The translations under genes were made by a program, and so were the position numbers. This document shows, piece after piece, positions 1 through 13,985 of a stretch of DNA of 64,000 nt. The notes below the pieces were generated by a model. It ran no database searches. It was not told where the DNA came from and saw only the letters and a list, made by a program, of their open reading frames with translations. The stretch is from the human T2T-CHM13v2.0 reference genome, Homo sapiens. Location: the NCBI RefSeq assembly GCF_009914755.1, contig NC_060926.1. One strand, written 5' to 3'. The stretch's first letter is position 1. Every line of letters starts with the position of its first letter.

Positions 1-978
1 AAGCAGCCCCTCCCATCACAGGCCCAGAGTCCTAGGAAGAAAAAATGGCTTCGTGGGCCAAGCCCAGTGTCCCCCTGCTGTGTGCAGTCTAGGACTTGGT
101 GCCCTGCATCCCAGCCACTCTAGCCATGGCTAAAAGGGGCCAAGGTACAGCTTGGACAGTGGCTTCAGAGGGTGCAAGCCCCAAACCTTGGCAGCTTTCA
201 TGTGGTATTGAGCTTGCAAGTCCACAGAAGTCAAGAATTGAGGTTTGGGAATCTCTGCCTAGGTTTTAGAGGATGTACGGAAATGCCTGGATATCCAGAA
301 GGAAGTCTTCTGCAGGGGTGGGGCCCTCATGGAGAACCTCTGCTAGGGCAGTGTGGGAGGGAATGTGGGGGGGAGCCCCCACACAGAGTCCCCACCTGGG
401 CATTGCCTAGTGGAGCTGTGAGAAGATGGCCACCATCCTCCAGACCCCAGAATGGTAGATCCACTGACAGCTTGCATTGTGCACCCGGAAAAGCTGCAGA
501 TTCTCAATGCCAGCCCATGAAAATAGCTGGGAGGGAGGCTGTACCCTACAAAGCCACAGGGGCAGAGCTTCCCAAGACCACAGGAACCTACCTCTTGCAT
601 TAGCATAACCTGGATGCTGAAACTCTTGTTTTAACACGGAGTCAAAGGAGATAATTTCGGAACTTGAAGATTTGACTGCCCCACTGGATTTCAGACTTGC
701 ATGGGGCCTTTAGCCCCTTTGTTTTGGCCAATTTCTCCCATTTGGAATGGGTGTATTTATCAAATGCCTATACTCCCATTTTATCTAGGAAGTAACTAAC
801 TTGCTTTTGATTTTACTGGCTCATAGGCAGAAGGGATTTGCCTTATCTCAGATGAGACTTTGGACTGTGAACTTTTGAGTTAATGCTGAAATGAGCTAAG
901 GCTTTGGGGGACCGTTGGGAAAACATGATTGGTTTTGAAATGTGGGGACATGAGATTTGGGTGGGGCCAGTGGTGGAA
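1..978 (+). mobile_element. THE1-int (MaLR internal region), 3' part; continues upstream of window
   Basis: Matches recalled THE1/MST internal consensus (gagcccccacacagagtccccac, cctccagaccccagaatggtagatccactgacagcttg); ends in purine-rich tract directly before the LTR. Confidence 0.9.
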
Positions 979-1349
979 TGATACAGTTTGGGTGTGTCCC
1001 CACCAAAATCTCATCTCGAATTGTAACTCCCACAACTCCCACATGTCGTAGGAGGAACCCAGTGGGAGGTGATTGAATTATGTGGGCAGGTCTTTCCCAT
1101 GCTGTTCTCATAATATTGAATAAGTCTTAGAAAGTCTGACAGTTTTAAAAATGTGAGTTTCCCTGCACAAGCTCTCCCTCTTTGCCTGCTGCCATCCATG
1201 TAAAATGTGATGCTCCACCTTGCCTTCCACCATGATTGTGAGGCTTCCCCAGCAACGTGGAACTGTAAGTCCATTAAACCTTTCTTTCTTTTGTAAATCA
1301 ACCAGTCTTGGGTATGTCTTTATTAGCAGTGTGAAAACGGACTAATACA
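979..1349 (+). mobile_element. THE1 3' LTR (THE1C-like)
   Basis: TGATAC...ACTAATACA termini, about 370 bp, ATTAAA polyA signal, THE1-type motif gccatccatgtaa. Confidence 0.92.
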
Positions 1350-1359
1350 AATATGCACA

Positions 1360-1441
1360 TGATAGTTGGAACCAGAGTGGCCATCTTGTGACTATGAGGC
1401 AAACTTGACTACGGCAGCCATGTGCTAAGGAAAGATAAAGG
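1360..1441. mobile_element. Old MLT1-type LTR fragment, interrupted by THE1 and Alu
   Basis: gccatcttgtgactatgagg...cagccatgtgctaagga resembles MLT1J/K LTR; appears to continue after the Alu at about 1790. Confidence 0.45.
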
Positions 1442-1455
1442 AGAACTAGGTTTCT

Positions 1456-1774
<319 letters not shown>

Positions 1775-2413
1775 AAGAACTAGGTTTCTGATGGCTATGG
1801 AACTGCCATATAATAGCAGTATAGCATTGGCTTTTCTAGATTATTTTTATTTTTTACTAGGAGCTAAATATAATTCCTAAATGAGAAAATTGATTTCATA
1901 TTGTAGGTCTCTATTTTCTGACTATCTGTGCAGGTGGCACAGTGTTTTGGGCATCTTGATACTCAAAGATAATGCTTAGTATGAAGGCATATTAGCTCAT
2001 TAGAATCCAACACAAGAATAATTCAGATTTGCAGTTGGAATATTAAGGGCATAGTCTACCCAAGTTATAACAAAAGATGATGTTTGTAGCATCAATGTCT
2101 AATATCCTGTAAGCTAATTATAGTATTAGTAATAAGTTAGGAAGAGACCATTTTTTCCCCAAGATTTGAAGCAGATTAGTCGTGCATGTAAAAGTGAAAA
2201 TGCAACAATGCATTACAGCAGTTTTATCTCCTTCTTTCTTTTCTCTTTCCAGTTCCTTCCTGACCTCTCAAGTTACTTGTTTTGCTTATTTATATGCACA
2301 AGAGATTCTTTTGTGGAAAATAATATTCACAAATGACATTAACATTCTGAATTAATGAGGCAGGAATGTTAGTCTTTTTGGATTAACTGCATTGTTATTT
2401 CCATAATATAGGG

Positions 2414-2605
2414 CAAGAGTCTGAAACTAAAATGTTTACAGGGCCAGGCCACTAAAGTTAATGACTGAAATAGGCTGCATGATAGAGTTGGGAGTGGTGG
2501 GGACTATGGCAAACTGGACATTTTACAATTTTAAAAACTGTATTCAACTGAATGAAACAAGTCTGTGAGCTGAATCTATTCTGTGGGCCACCTGTTTGCT
2601 TGCTG
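2414..2605. mobile_element. hAT-Charlie MITE (MER102-like), internally deleted
   Basis: aaatgtttacagggccaggc...gggactatggcaaactgga and ...gtgggccacctgtttgc resemble MER102 ends. Confidence 0.45.
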
Positions 2606-2639
2606 TGATAGAAAGTAAAGCACATCTTGCTAACATGAA

Positions 2640-2870
2640 TTAACTACTGAGTATTCATGTGCCCTATGTTCCAGGAGCCATACTTGGAGTTCTTCATATG
2701 TGAGCTGATTACAACTCAGAATGGTGCTGTGAGATAGCTATTATTGGCTCTGTTTTGGCAGATATGGAACCTGGAATTGGAAAAACTAAGTTAAAGAGCC
2801 AAAGTTTACATGGTTAAGTACACAGCAGAGCTGAAATGTCAGTCCAGGCTTGGCTGAGTACCAGGCTCAT
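2640..2870 (-). mobile_element. MIR
   Basis: Antisense MIR core (tgttttggcagatatggaac...cagagctgaaat). Confidence 0.6.
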
Positions 2871-4116
2871 GGTGTCTTTACATCAGGGGTCTCAACTGGC
2901 ACACTAGTAACAATGGGTATCTCACACCTTACTGCAGTGTTGAGGACAATGGTGCAACTTTTTTTGTTCTATGTCTCTGACGCTGGTTCAGAACAGATTC
3001 ACAGGAAAGTGGAGGTCTTGCTGAGTAAAGAAGAAACACCACTTCCCAAACGTTAGATGTAGTCTGTGCATCTTTTATCTTTGACTCATCTACTCTACCC
3101 TGCCCTGGGAAAATAAAACAAGAGTTCTAAGTTGTAAAGGACAGGCAAGCCTAAAGACAGCTCATGTAAATGGGAGCAAGAACAGTTTCTTGTGTTATAA
3201 TGAGCCCCTCCAGAATGCTGTCCTTGGTTATCCTGTTAGTTGGATTTTCAGAGCAGACTGGTAGCTAATCAATCATGTTCATTGTGTAGGCAACTTCTGA
3301 CTTGGAAGGAATGGCTGCTGACCCAGAAGCCACAGCCTTTGATGAATGGGGCTTCTTACAAGAGGTGGTTGGAACATGTAACTAAAAAGCAGTCACGTGG
3401 TAATAATCCATTTTCCATATACTGGAATGTTTTCTGCTAATACCATCACCTGAAATTTCATAGAAATATATAAAACTATTATTTTTTCAAAGTTCAATGT
3501 GTAAAAAGGATCACTTAAAACTTTTAGTTTGTTGAGCTGCAAACATTCATTCACTGTACATTTTTTGTATATTTCCCACATGCCTCAAGTTCTAGGATTT
3601 CCTAAAATAATGGATAGGGTGTCTGTGTGGGAATGGGTTTACAAATACAGAATTGCCAATATCTGTCCTTGGTGTGAATGGTGCTCGGTGTAAGTCACTA
3701 TAGGACCTCAAAGAATGTATTCTAGAATATTCTATTAGCATTGGTTCTAAATTTTTAGCTTATATTTGAGGGTGCCAAAAGAGTCCCAAAAGAGAGTCCT
3801 AACTATACACACTACTGAACTGCTTAGTGTGCACCATGCAAATATGATGACTACTGAGCATTTCTTGCGAGAGTTTAAAGGTGGCTTCCTGCCTAGCACC
3901 AGACACGCTTAGTTCTGAGACGGGGAGGAACCATCAAGTCCATGAATCCCAATGTCCCGGATCTACAGAGGACCAGACCCAAAGCATCGAGGAGAAATGC
4001 TTTGTCTTTAGGTAAAGATCCTTGGGGGATAAAAATCCTTTATTATGTTGGTGGTCTCTCTCCCTATGGCAAGGGAAACTTCTTTTTCTTAATTTTACAG
4101 CCTGATAAAGACAGTG

Positions 4117-4397
4117 GGCCAACCTCAGTAGCTCATGCCTGATCTTTGGGGGGCTGAGGTGGGAGGATCGCTTGAGACCAGGAGTTCGAGACCAGCCTGG
4201 ACAACACATTGAAACCCTGTCTCTACAGAAAAATTTAAAAATTAGCTTGGTGTGGTGGTGTGCACCTGCAATCCTAGCTACTCAGGAGGCTGAGGCAGGA
4301 GGATTTATTGAACTCAGGAGTTCAAGGTCACAGTGAGCTATGATAGCACCACTGTACTCTAGCCTGGGTGACAGAGTGAGACCCTGTCTCCAAAAAA
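4117..4397 (+). mobile_element. AluJ
   Basis: Dimeric Alu with J-type ggaggatcgcttgag and gagaccctgtctc; short A tail. Confidence 0.95.
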
Positions 4398-4839
4398 GAG
4401 TGACAATTTTGAGATAATAAAAAGATAGAAAGGGAATATGTTACATATACCACTAGGTATATGTCTGAGGAGGATATTGTATCATTAGCTGGCCTTCTCT
4501 TTGTCCTAGAAAGGGGCCAGTCTGTCTACTGGAAGACCCGGTAGAAGGTATGTTATTGTGGCTCTTCTTTAACTACATTGCTAACTCCCCAAAAGCCAAA
4601 GATATGGGAAAAGTTTGTGTAGGCACAGAGGGACCAATATTTTCAGTAGTTTTATTTCATTTTTAGAGTGCAGTTTAAGAGGGAATATAATAACTTTATA
4701 AATTAAACTTCCTAATGGGCAACATTTTCTATCTTTTAAATGTTGGAAAGTTTCATATTAATTTAACTCTCGAACATTGACCATGTAAAATTAAATAAGC
4801 AGCCAGTAAAAAGACAAACCAGATTTCCTTTTGAACTAA

Positions 4840-6150
4840 ATTTTAAAGCTTATGTGAAAAAATAAGAATACCTAGAAAATATTGAAAAAGAATAATAAGG
4901 AAGGTGAAACTAGGATTATGAGACATTAAAATATATTATAAAGTGATATTAATTAAAATAGTATAACTAGGCAGATAGATCAGTAGAACTGATAGAAAGA
5001 CTAAAAATAGAAACAAAGTTAAGGGAATCAGTATATGATAACAGTGACCATTCAAATAATAAGGAAAGAGTTCAGTCAAAAACTGATGTGAAGAAAACTA
5101 GGTAAGATAAATAACAAACTTGGAAACATATTTGTCACCTTTGCAAATAATAAGGGTTTATTTCTTTAATAGATAGTGAGCTCCTATGGATCAGTAAGAA
5201 AATAGCCCTAGTTCAATAGAAAAATAGGCAAAAATATAAAGCATTTACAGAAGAAATACAAATGGCTTCTAAGTAAATAAATCTATACTAAAAATATGAT
5301 CATACTTATTTATAATATGGAAAATGCTAATTGAAACTATAATGAGATAGATTTTATAGCTATCGTATTAGCAAAATTGAAATTTGGTAATACATTGTGT
5401 TGGTAAGGGCATAGAGAAATAGGCATCTCAGACATTACTGGTAGGAATGTAAATTGGTTCAAACTCCACAGAGAGAAATTTGGTGATATCTATCACGATC
5501 TCAAATGCTTATATGCCAAATGCCCAGTTATCTTATTTCTTGGTATTTCTCCTAAAAATAAAGTATGAAAATTGTGTATTTACAAGAATATTTATTGCAC
5601 ATTGTTTACAACAGCAAACAATTAGACACAACATCAATGTCCATAAATAAATAATTAATTGTTGTTTAAATAATTTATTTTTCATCTTTAAAATCTAATA
5701 CTATGCAGCCATCAAAAAGAATGAGACATCTTCTGCATGGAGACTGAAAAAGAATAATCTAAAAAATAAATTAAGTGTAAAGAAGCAAGATATGGAGCAG
5801 GATATACACTATGCTCATATATGTTCATAGATACATACGCACTTACACATAGATACATATGTGTGAGCATAGTATATATAGATGCATGCATATGCACTAT
5901 ATTTACATAGAAAACAATGTATAAGCATTATGTATTAAAAACAGTGTAAAAACACACTGTATATAAACTATCTTTAGAAGCATACCCAGGAATTGGTTAA
6001 CAGTGGTTGCCCCAATGAAAGGAACTGGGTGACTTGCAAAAAGGAGTATGAGGGAGGATCTCTTTTCTCTGATAATTTGTGCCTTTTGTACTTTGTGAAT
6101 TGTGTTCACTGAGGGTGTCTAAACTATTTAGCAATAAAAAATTTAAAAGT
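4840..6150 (+). mobile_element. L1M (L1ME-like) 3' ORF2/3' UTR fragment
   Basis: A-rich degraded L1 motifs (cattactggtaggaatgtaaattggt, actatgcagccatcaaaaagaatga), ends aataaaaaatttaaaa. Confidence 0.8.
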
Positions 6151-7224
6151 CTATCATGAACAGATAAAGGAAATAGCAATCTTTGGTCATGTGTTAGAAA
6201 TATTAAATCACCTGATTGGTTAATTGTTAAAAAAGGCTTACAAGTACAGGGGCACAAAGTAGAAATGCTTATTTCCACAAAGATCAAAAAAATTTAGTGC
6301 TTTACCACCATAATTCAAAAATAATTTTAATACCTTAATGTATGTTGCAATAACATCGTATATAAATAAACACCTCCCTCCTCCCACTCCCCCATCCATA
6401 TCACAAATAAAGGCTGACTACCTCATTGCTCCTCAGCATTTCCTCTGAAAAGCGATCGATGTCTCCTGCCTGGCCATTAAATAGATTTTGAAAAACTCTT
6501 CAATCCCTATCAGTCTCATATCCTTATTTAGTTCCTCAAATTTGCCCTCAGCTGGGAATTCTGCAGGCAACTGTGATTCTGTTGTGTTCACCACTCATTT
6601 GAAGGGTCCCATCCATCATCATTTCTAGTCCTTTTCTGATGCAATGTAGCTTGTTATTTGTCTTTCTTATAAACTGAATGGCTGTTAAATTATCCATTTA
6701 TCTTCCTTCAGATTTTCTGTTCAGTTTCTCAGGCCCTATCAGGGCTGTCTTTTCTACCTTGTTTGCTGACTTTTCATTCCATTGCCCCTGTTCTTGGAGG
6801 CATCTTGGTTCACCATGCTGCCCTTCAAAACAAACTCTCTGGTTCAGTCTGCTTTTTGCTTGTTTGAAAGCAAGCAGAACTTGCTACTTCAGTAGATTTC
6901 CTTTTAAAATTTTTTTCCTTAGAATAGTTTTGAAAACTTTGAGGTAATATATTTCAAATTTTATACATAGATAGTAGGATATATTGGAACAAACCTTAAA
7001 CAAAAAGTCCAAAGTCTAGGGTTCTAAACCCAGCTCTGCCATTATCAAGTCAGGTCACTTAATAGTGACCTTTCAGGGTTTTGCTTTCCCCTCCTACAGA
7101 TGGTCTGCAGGTATGCACCTAGTTAATTATTCTAGTATAAAAATAGCATGTTTCTTCTGTTAAAGGTGACCCAATAAATGATCTGAGGTTTGTATAATAC
7201 TAACACCTGCACATACATTATCTC

Positions 7225-7460
7225 AGGCAGCACTAGGTCATACTGGTTAGGAGTCACAGATTTGAAAGCAGAAAGAATCTATGCCCTGTCACTTACTATA
7301 TATTCTTAGGTAAGTTACAGAAGCTCTATAGCTTCAGTTTTCACATCTGAAATAAAAAGATCCTCATAGCATCTAACTTGGTATTGTGAAGAGAATTAAA
7401 TCAGATCATGCTTGGAAAGTTAGTCTTGAGCACATACTAAGTGCTCAAAAGTGTTGTTAT
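7225..7460 (+). mobile_element. MIR
   Basis: gtcacttacta...ggtaagttac...cttcagttttcacatctgaaat...taagtgctcaaaa. Confidence 0.7.
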
Positions 7461-7469
7461 GGACTCACT

Positions 7470-7745
7470 ACATCTTTGTGAGACAGGAAGCTTGGCTATT
7501 ATTATCCAAATTTACAGCAGAGATACTGAGGTTGAGAGATGATATTAATGATAACAATAGTGACTCACATGCTGGAGGGCTTTAACTATAATAGGTGTAC
7601 TCTTCCCAAAGCTTTTCCACATACTTCACCTCCCTTTGTTCAGACTCTTGGAAAGGTTGATATTGCCTATCATCAATTCCATTTGCTCCAAGAAGAAAGT
7701 CACTTTGTGAGGCCCAAAACCTTTAAAAAGTGCAGAGTGAAGCTG
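7470..7745 (-). mobile_element. MIR fragments
   Basis: attttacagcagagatactgaggttgagaga; ataacaatagtgactcac antisense MIR motifs. Confidence 0.45.
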
Positions 7746-8119
7746 CTTTCAGCCAAACCTACGAGCCAGTGGTGATCACCATAAAAAGAAAGCTGAGGAT
7801 GGCGAGTCCTCAGTTTATGAGTGTAGAGGGCAGGTTTGAAAGAGGACAGTTAGAAAAACACTCAGCCCTTACTGCCTCCTCTTAGGCCCTCTTCTTAGGT
7901 CTTTTTTTTTCTCCCTCCTGCTGTCTCTCTTTCTGTATGTCTCTGTTTCTCTATTTCTCTTTTCTTCTTTAGATTTTTCAGCTGTTCAGATCACCTGTAA
8001 CACTAAAACCTAAATTCGATGATGATATATTGAATCAAAGACTTGGAGAATAATTTGTCCTTTTTTGTTATTTTATGGTTCTGTAGCTCATCCCTCTGCT
8101 TGTAGGAGTTATTGGTTCA

Positions 8120-8300
8120 GATGCTGAAACTCCCCTAATTCACTGGGGCGATTGTGAGCAGCAAGTATACCCTCCCTAGTTTCTCATCCGTGAAATAAAG
8201 GCAGGAATGTTAACACCGCCACAGGGCAATTCAAGAGTGATAGGTTATTTCAGGGCATCCTGAAAGCACAAGATGCTGAGGAAATGCAAGCGCTTACTAG
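8120..8300 (+). mobile_element. MIR fragment
   Basis: cctagtttctcatccgtgaaataaagg...aagcgctta. Confidence 0.45.
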
Positions 8301-8559
8301 TAACAATGTGATAACCCGATCTTTCCCGTTCCTGTCACTCTCTTGCGCTTGCTTTGTTGCTGAGGCAGCCCTGTGGGGTCTCCCAGTGGCTGATAACAAC
8401 ACACACACACTGCTGCTGCAGCTTGGATGAGGGAAGAGGTTGGTAGATTCAGCTGTGCTGGGCATCCTGGCTGAGTAACAGAGACAGTGAATGTAAACAA
8501 TTAAGATGTTCTAATAAAGGAACCCAAAGAGGGTCCCAGAGGCTAGAATATCTACCTCC

Positions 8560-8980
8560 TGGGGGCAAACAGAGGTTTCCTAAGAACATGTCATCTGAGC
8601 AGAGTCCTCAAGTAAGACTAGGAGTTGCATGGGGAGAGGAGGGGAAGGTAGGCCTGCAGACGGCTAGGTGAGCACAGGCACGGGGTGTGGAACATTTAGC
8701 TTATGGCAAGAGCAGAGGGTACAAAGGAAGGAGAGAGAGGAGGTGGGATGGGAAGGTCAATTGTGCCAACTAAGATTTTTTTCCTGTAGTAAGGGGGAGG
8801 GAGGGCCTGAAGGACTTTAAACAGGTGAGCCATGCAATCAGCTGTGCTTTGGGAGGATAGCTCTGGTGGTGACATGGAGCCTTGAGGATGGGACTATACG
8901 CATGAGACTGGGATCAGAGTGGAGGCAGCTGGCAAGGAGGCAGTCAGGAGACCCTACTAATATAGGGAATCCAAATGAAG
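8560..8980 (-). mobile_element. L2 fragment
   Basis: G-rich antisense L2 motifs (tgaaggactttaaacagg...atcagctgtgctttgggaggatagctctgg). Confidence 0.6.
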
Positions 8981-9712
8981 GAGAAAAATCATGATGGCAC
9001 AGCTAGAAACTAATAGAGAAGAAAAAATACCCCAGGCATTTTGGCCTTGTTTTACAACATATTTCTTAGCTTTTTGATAGCAATGGAAGCTTTTTTGAAG
9101 TTGTCTTTTGTTTCCTGCCTTTACTGTATGCTCTGAATTCCCTTCTCTTTCATGCTTTTTGGTTTGCATCTATTCTTTCATATTGGAGGCTTTGCTCAAA
9201 CATTCTGTGGACCTTATCTGTTTGCATATATTTAAATGCAAGGCACTGAAAGACAAAAGACCTATTCAAGGCAGAGTACAAAGTGGACCAGGGCAGGTAA
9301 GTGGGAGAGCTGTGATTGTCAAATGGTGGCTCCATTTTAAGGGCATCCTGCAGGGAATTGGTTCATCGAGAGAATATGAAGTGCAAGTCCATGCAGATCT
9401 TTTCTCTGAGGCTGTTCTGTTTCCCTAGAGAAGATTCCCACTTTTCTGCTTCTGGGGATATCTGGCTGCTGGCACTCCAGGTGCAGAGTCGTAGGGCATC
9501 TGAGAGTCCAGCAAATCATTCCATGGGCTTTAGATTTCAGCCATGGATTCTCTCCATGAGTGCTCTGAGAGAACTCTCCAGTCTCCTGACTTGGCAGTGG
9601 CTACACAGGCTGTTGACCTGGCTGTGTGGGTTGTGGGAGATTCCTGAGATCCCATTTACCAACTTCTAACCTTTCTTTCCCTCTTGTTTCCAGGCTGATT
9701 TCTCAACCTCTC

Positions 9713-10136
9713 TGTCGTGAGTTGACTCGTGTACTCCCAAAAGCTATGTTGAAGTTCTAACCCCGGTACCTGTGAATGTGGCCATGTTTGGAAATAGGGT
9801 CTTTGCAGATGTTAGTTATCAAGGTAAGGTGAGATCATATTGGATTAGAATGGGCCCTAAATCCAATGGTTTGTGTCTTTATAAGAAGGTCATGTGAAAA
9901 CACAGACACAAAAGAACGTTATGTGAAGGCAGAGGCAGAGGATGTCAAGAACTGCTAGCAGCCATCAGCAACGAGGAGAGATGCATGGAACGGACTCTCC
10001 CTCAGAGCCTTCACAAGGAACCACCCCTGCTGACACCTGAATTCTAGCTTCTAGAACTGTGAGCAAATACATTTCTGTTATTTTAAGCCACCCAGTTTGC
10101 TGTACTTTGTTACAGCAGCCCTCGGAAACTAACATA
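9713..10136 (+). mobile_element. MLT1B/C solo LTR
   Basis: tgtgaatgtggccatgtttggaaatagggtctttgcagatgt...ttaagccacccagtttg...cagcagccctcggaaactaacata. Confidence 0.9.
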
Positions 10137-10512
10137 TCCACCCTTGGCTGTTCCTAACTCCTGAGCCTCTCAGGCATTCCTTCTGAAAGGCAGATCGGCT
10201 GGCTCCCTGTTGCTCTCCCCTTGTGCAGACATTCTGGGAGATTACTTCCTTCTTAGCTTCCAATATTTGAGGATAGCTTATCTCCACTTATTTTCTGTTT
10301 CCTTCAGAGTGTATATCTTTCTTTGAAAAAAAGAAATGCAACTTTATTATTTCTAATCATGCTTAATACTATTAAATAAGTCAATAAAATGAGGCACCAA
10401 AGTGCTCATTTCAGAATTATCTCTATTAGGAAAAAAGTGTGGGACAATTAAATAAATTACAACAAGTCAATTGATCGGAATACTAGGCTGCCATTTCAAA
10501 GGATAATGTGAA

Positions 10513-10939
<427 letters not shown>

Positions 10940-11799
10940 TCAGGAATAAGAGAATGTGAGGTTCTTATTTCTCCCAACAGTCACTCTTGACAATTTAGGT
11001 ATTCTCTAAGGTGATGTATATTTTCTTTACTGTTCTCATTTGCTTTTGATACCTCAACAGCAGAGTTTTTAACATTCACATATATTTCTCCTTTTTTCCT
11101 TCCTCCCTCCTTTCCTCCCACCCTTCCTGCTTCTTTCCTACTTCTTCCGAAGAGAGACGAAGAAGAGAGGCTCATGAAGAAAAGGCAAATAAGCTTTTAA
11201 AATATGCTCTCTAAAAAACTATAAAGTTACTTAAGGGAAGAGAACATTCCAAGCCTTGTAAGGACTTGGGGTTAAGACATTTAGCTTCATTATTCCAAAG
11301 CAGAAATCCTTTAAAAAAGAGTTACGTATGTTGGTCAGCTGGATAAGAAGAATTTAAGATAAGAATTAAGATCTTATCTTAAATCTGTCCTCAAAAACCT
11401 TATTGTGGGTATATCCTATTTTTTTCCATTGGATTCCAGCATTTTAATATGGATTCATGGCACTGTTTGAGCTCATAAAATACATATGAATAGGAATATA
11501 TTAATACTAACATACAAAGAATGGGTATTTTTTTCAAAGTTTTATGAAATAAAACAAATTATAGTCCATTTTATTTACCAAAAAATATGCATAGAGATGG
11601 TTGTTTATCAGGTCAAAAGACTTTTTGGAGGTGAAAAACATCAGGTATGCTGGAAGAACTCTGAGATGTAGCGAAGGGTATGAGATGCCTTCACCTGCCA
11701 ATTATCATGCATAATGTTGGAAGGAACAGGAACTAATCCATTCTTCTATTAATGAGTCCTCACTGCTACTCAGAACTTCTTCCTGCCCAGCACGTTCTT

Positions 11800-11978
11800 T
11801 TTTACTTTTCCTTTCTTTCTTTTTTTTAAAGAGATGGGGTCTTGCTCTGTCACCCAGGCTGGAGTGCAGTGTTGCAATCATAGCTCACTTCAGCCTCGAA
11901 CTCCTGGGCTCAAGCAATCCTCCCACCACAGACTCCCAAGTAGCTGAGACTACAGGTACACACCACCATGCCTGGCTA
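11800..11978 (-). mobile_element. Alu right-arm monomer (FRAM or 5'-truncated AluJ)
   Basis: T tail plus right arm only, J-type tcatagctcac/ctcctgggctcaag. Confidence 0.9.
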
Positions 11979-12431
11979 AGAACAGAGCATATTCTTAGTT
12001 GATGTTTGTACTGATTACTTTTAGACACTACAGGATCCTAAAAGTTTTCTAAGTCAAAGAAAGATTAAATTTTAATCATGATAAATTTAGTGTATTTTAT
12101 TGTATTATAATTTCTCGAAATCATATGTATGCAATATACAATATACATTTCTTGAAATCTATCTGTGACATATGCTAGCTCCATCTCTTAACCTGAATAT
12201 TAAAATAACTAGAGGACTACATTTTCTGGCAATGCTGGATAAAAGAAAATTTAATGTATTTCCTAGCTGAAAAAGTCAAAGCTCTGAATTCGTGGCTATT
12301 AACTGGCCCTTTACAGTAGAATTCAACTATGATGAGAACTAAACCACTTTATAAAAAGATATCATAGGCCATATACTCCAGATTATGGGCAGGAATATAA
12401 CAGTGCATACTCTGATGAAAGGTTTTATACA

Positions 12432-12767
12432 TAGTCATGCACCTCATAATGGCATTTCAGTCCATGATGGACCATATCTACAACCATGGCCCCATAAGAT
12501 TATAATATCATATTTCTACTGTACCTTTTCTATATGTTTAGATGCACAAATATTTACCATTGTGATACAATTGCTTACAGTATTCAGTGCAGTAAAATGC
12601 TGTACAGGTTTGTAGCCTGGGAGCAATAGGCTATCCCATATAGCCTAGGTGTGTATTAGGCTGTACAATATAGGTTTGTGTAAGTACACTCTACGATGTT
12701 TGCATGACGAAATTGTCAAAGATGCATTTCTCAGAATGTATCCCTGTTGTTAAGCAACACATGACTG
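12432..12767 (+). mobile_element. Tigger3a (MER7A) TcMar MITE
   Basis: (C)AGTCATG...CATGACTG terminal inverted repeats, TA after right end, body matches recalled consensus. Confidence 0.92.
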
Positions 12768-12854
12768 TATTTATAGGTGATAACTAAATGACATTATAAG
12801 CTTACTTCATACATTCCACTGCTTATACTGCATCCCATCATTCACTTTTCTGTT

Positions 12855-13395
12855 TCTTCATTCCTTTGTTCAACAAACATTGGCTGAGCAGCTCTAATGT
12901 GCTAGCACTGTGCTAGGTGCCAGGAATATGGTGGCTCCAGGAAACCCGTCTAATGGGGAAGAGACAGAAAGATAATCACATACAGAGTGTGTGGTTATAA
13001 AGAGATGGAGACAGTGCTGTGGAATGTTGTGGGGAAGTAGAGGTTTTACAGAAGTCACAGCTTGGGCTGGTGTCTTCCAGGCACATATGAGAGCGAGGAG
13101 GCATAGGCAGAGGCCAGGGAAGATGGACCAAAGGGCTAGTGAGTCCTGAGCTTGGGCAAAGGGTGTCTGGTAAGGAAGTGGGCAGGGTGAAAGGAGATGA
13201 GGCCAAGGAATAGATGTGAGCTTCAGAATGAATGAGGGGGTTTCCGAATGCTATACCGAGGACTTCGGAAGGTACCTTATAGATGGTGATAGTAACCTGA
13301 GGTCTTTAAAGCAGGGAGATGCTGTGATCAGATTTCTTTTTAAAAAAACATCATTTTGTCAAAAATTTGGAAGATAGACTGTAGTGGAGGGGCCT
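12855..13395 (-). mobile_element. L2 3' end fragment
   Basis: ttcattcctttgttcaacaaacattggctgagc...cactgtgctaggtgc antisense L2 terminus. Confidence 0.75.
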
Positions 13396-13884
13396 ATAAA
13401 TTACATAAAACCAACACTTTTGAATATTAATGTTTCTCTTCCATTCATATTTGACTAATAACACATAGAATATTTTCTGAGATAAACAGGCTTTACTATC
13501 TATCAGCACTCAGATTTGGGTACATTATTATGTAACAAGGACAATATTTTGAGAATAGTAAACCAGTGCATTTTCCATTCTGTTTGAATGGTGATGCCTG
13601 GGGCTCCTCTCCCGTCATCTCAGTAGGCTTCCCTCCTTCAGGCAAATGGTGGTTCCCAGCTAGAAACAAGCTGCCATCATTCAGCTTTGAAAAAGAATAG
13701 CCCTACTTGTAGCTTTGCAAGGTGAAGTGGCTTTCTACATTTCAGAACTCTCCTTTCTCTATTAAGAACCAAACCTGGCTAAGTTAGATCTTCAAGTTTT
13801 ACTACAAAGCTCTAGCAGGAAGAACACAGAGGAGACCATGTAAGGATAGTTCCCATCAGGAAAAGCAAAGCAAATGGAAATATT

Positions 13885-13985
13885 AGGGGAAGAGGGGGAG
13901 TGGGGAGAGGGGCAGGGAGAGAGAAGAGAGGAGAAAGAGAGAGGGGAGAGAAAGCAGAAAGAGGGGGGTGAGAGAGAGGGAGAGT
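13885..13985 (+). repeat. GA-rich low-complexity tract with G-quadruplex motif
   Basis: GGGG-aaga-GGGGG-agt-GGGG-aga-GGGG-ca-GGG at 13886-13917, then (GA)-rich. Confidence 0.85.

Noticed and set aside
172-603. 143-aa ORF
   Set aside because: Lies in THE1 internal sequence; non-ATG start; retroelement remnant, not a host gene
7052-7071. AGGTCA-n8-TGACCT inverted nuclear-receptor half-sites
   Set aside because: 8-bp spacing is not a standard inverted response element; short 8-bp arms in a MIR-like fragment are plausible by chance
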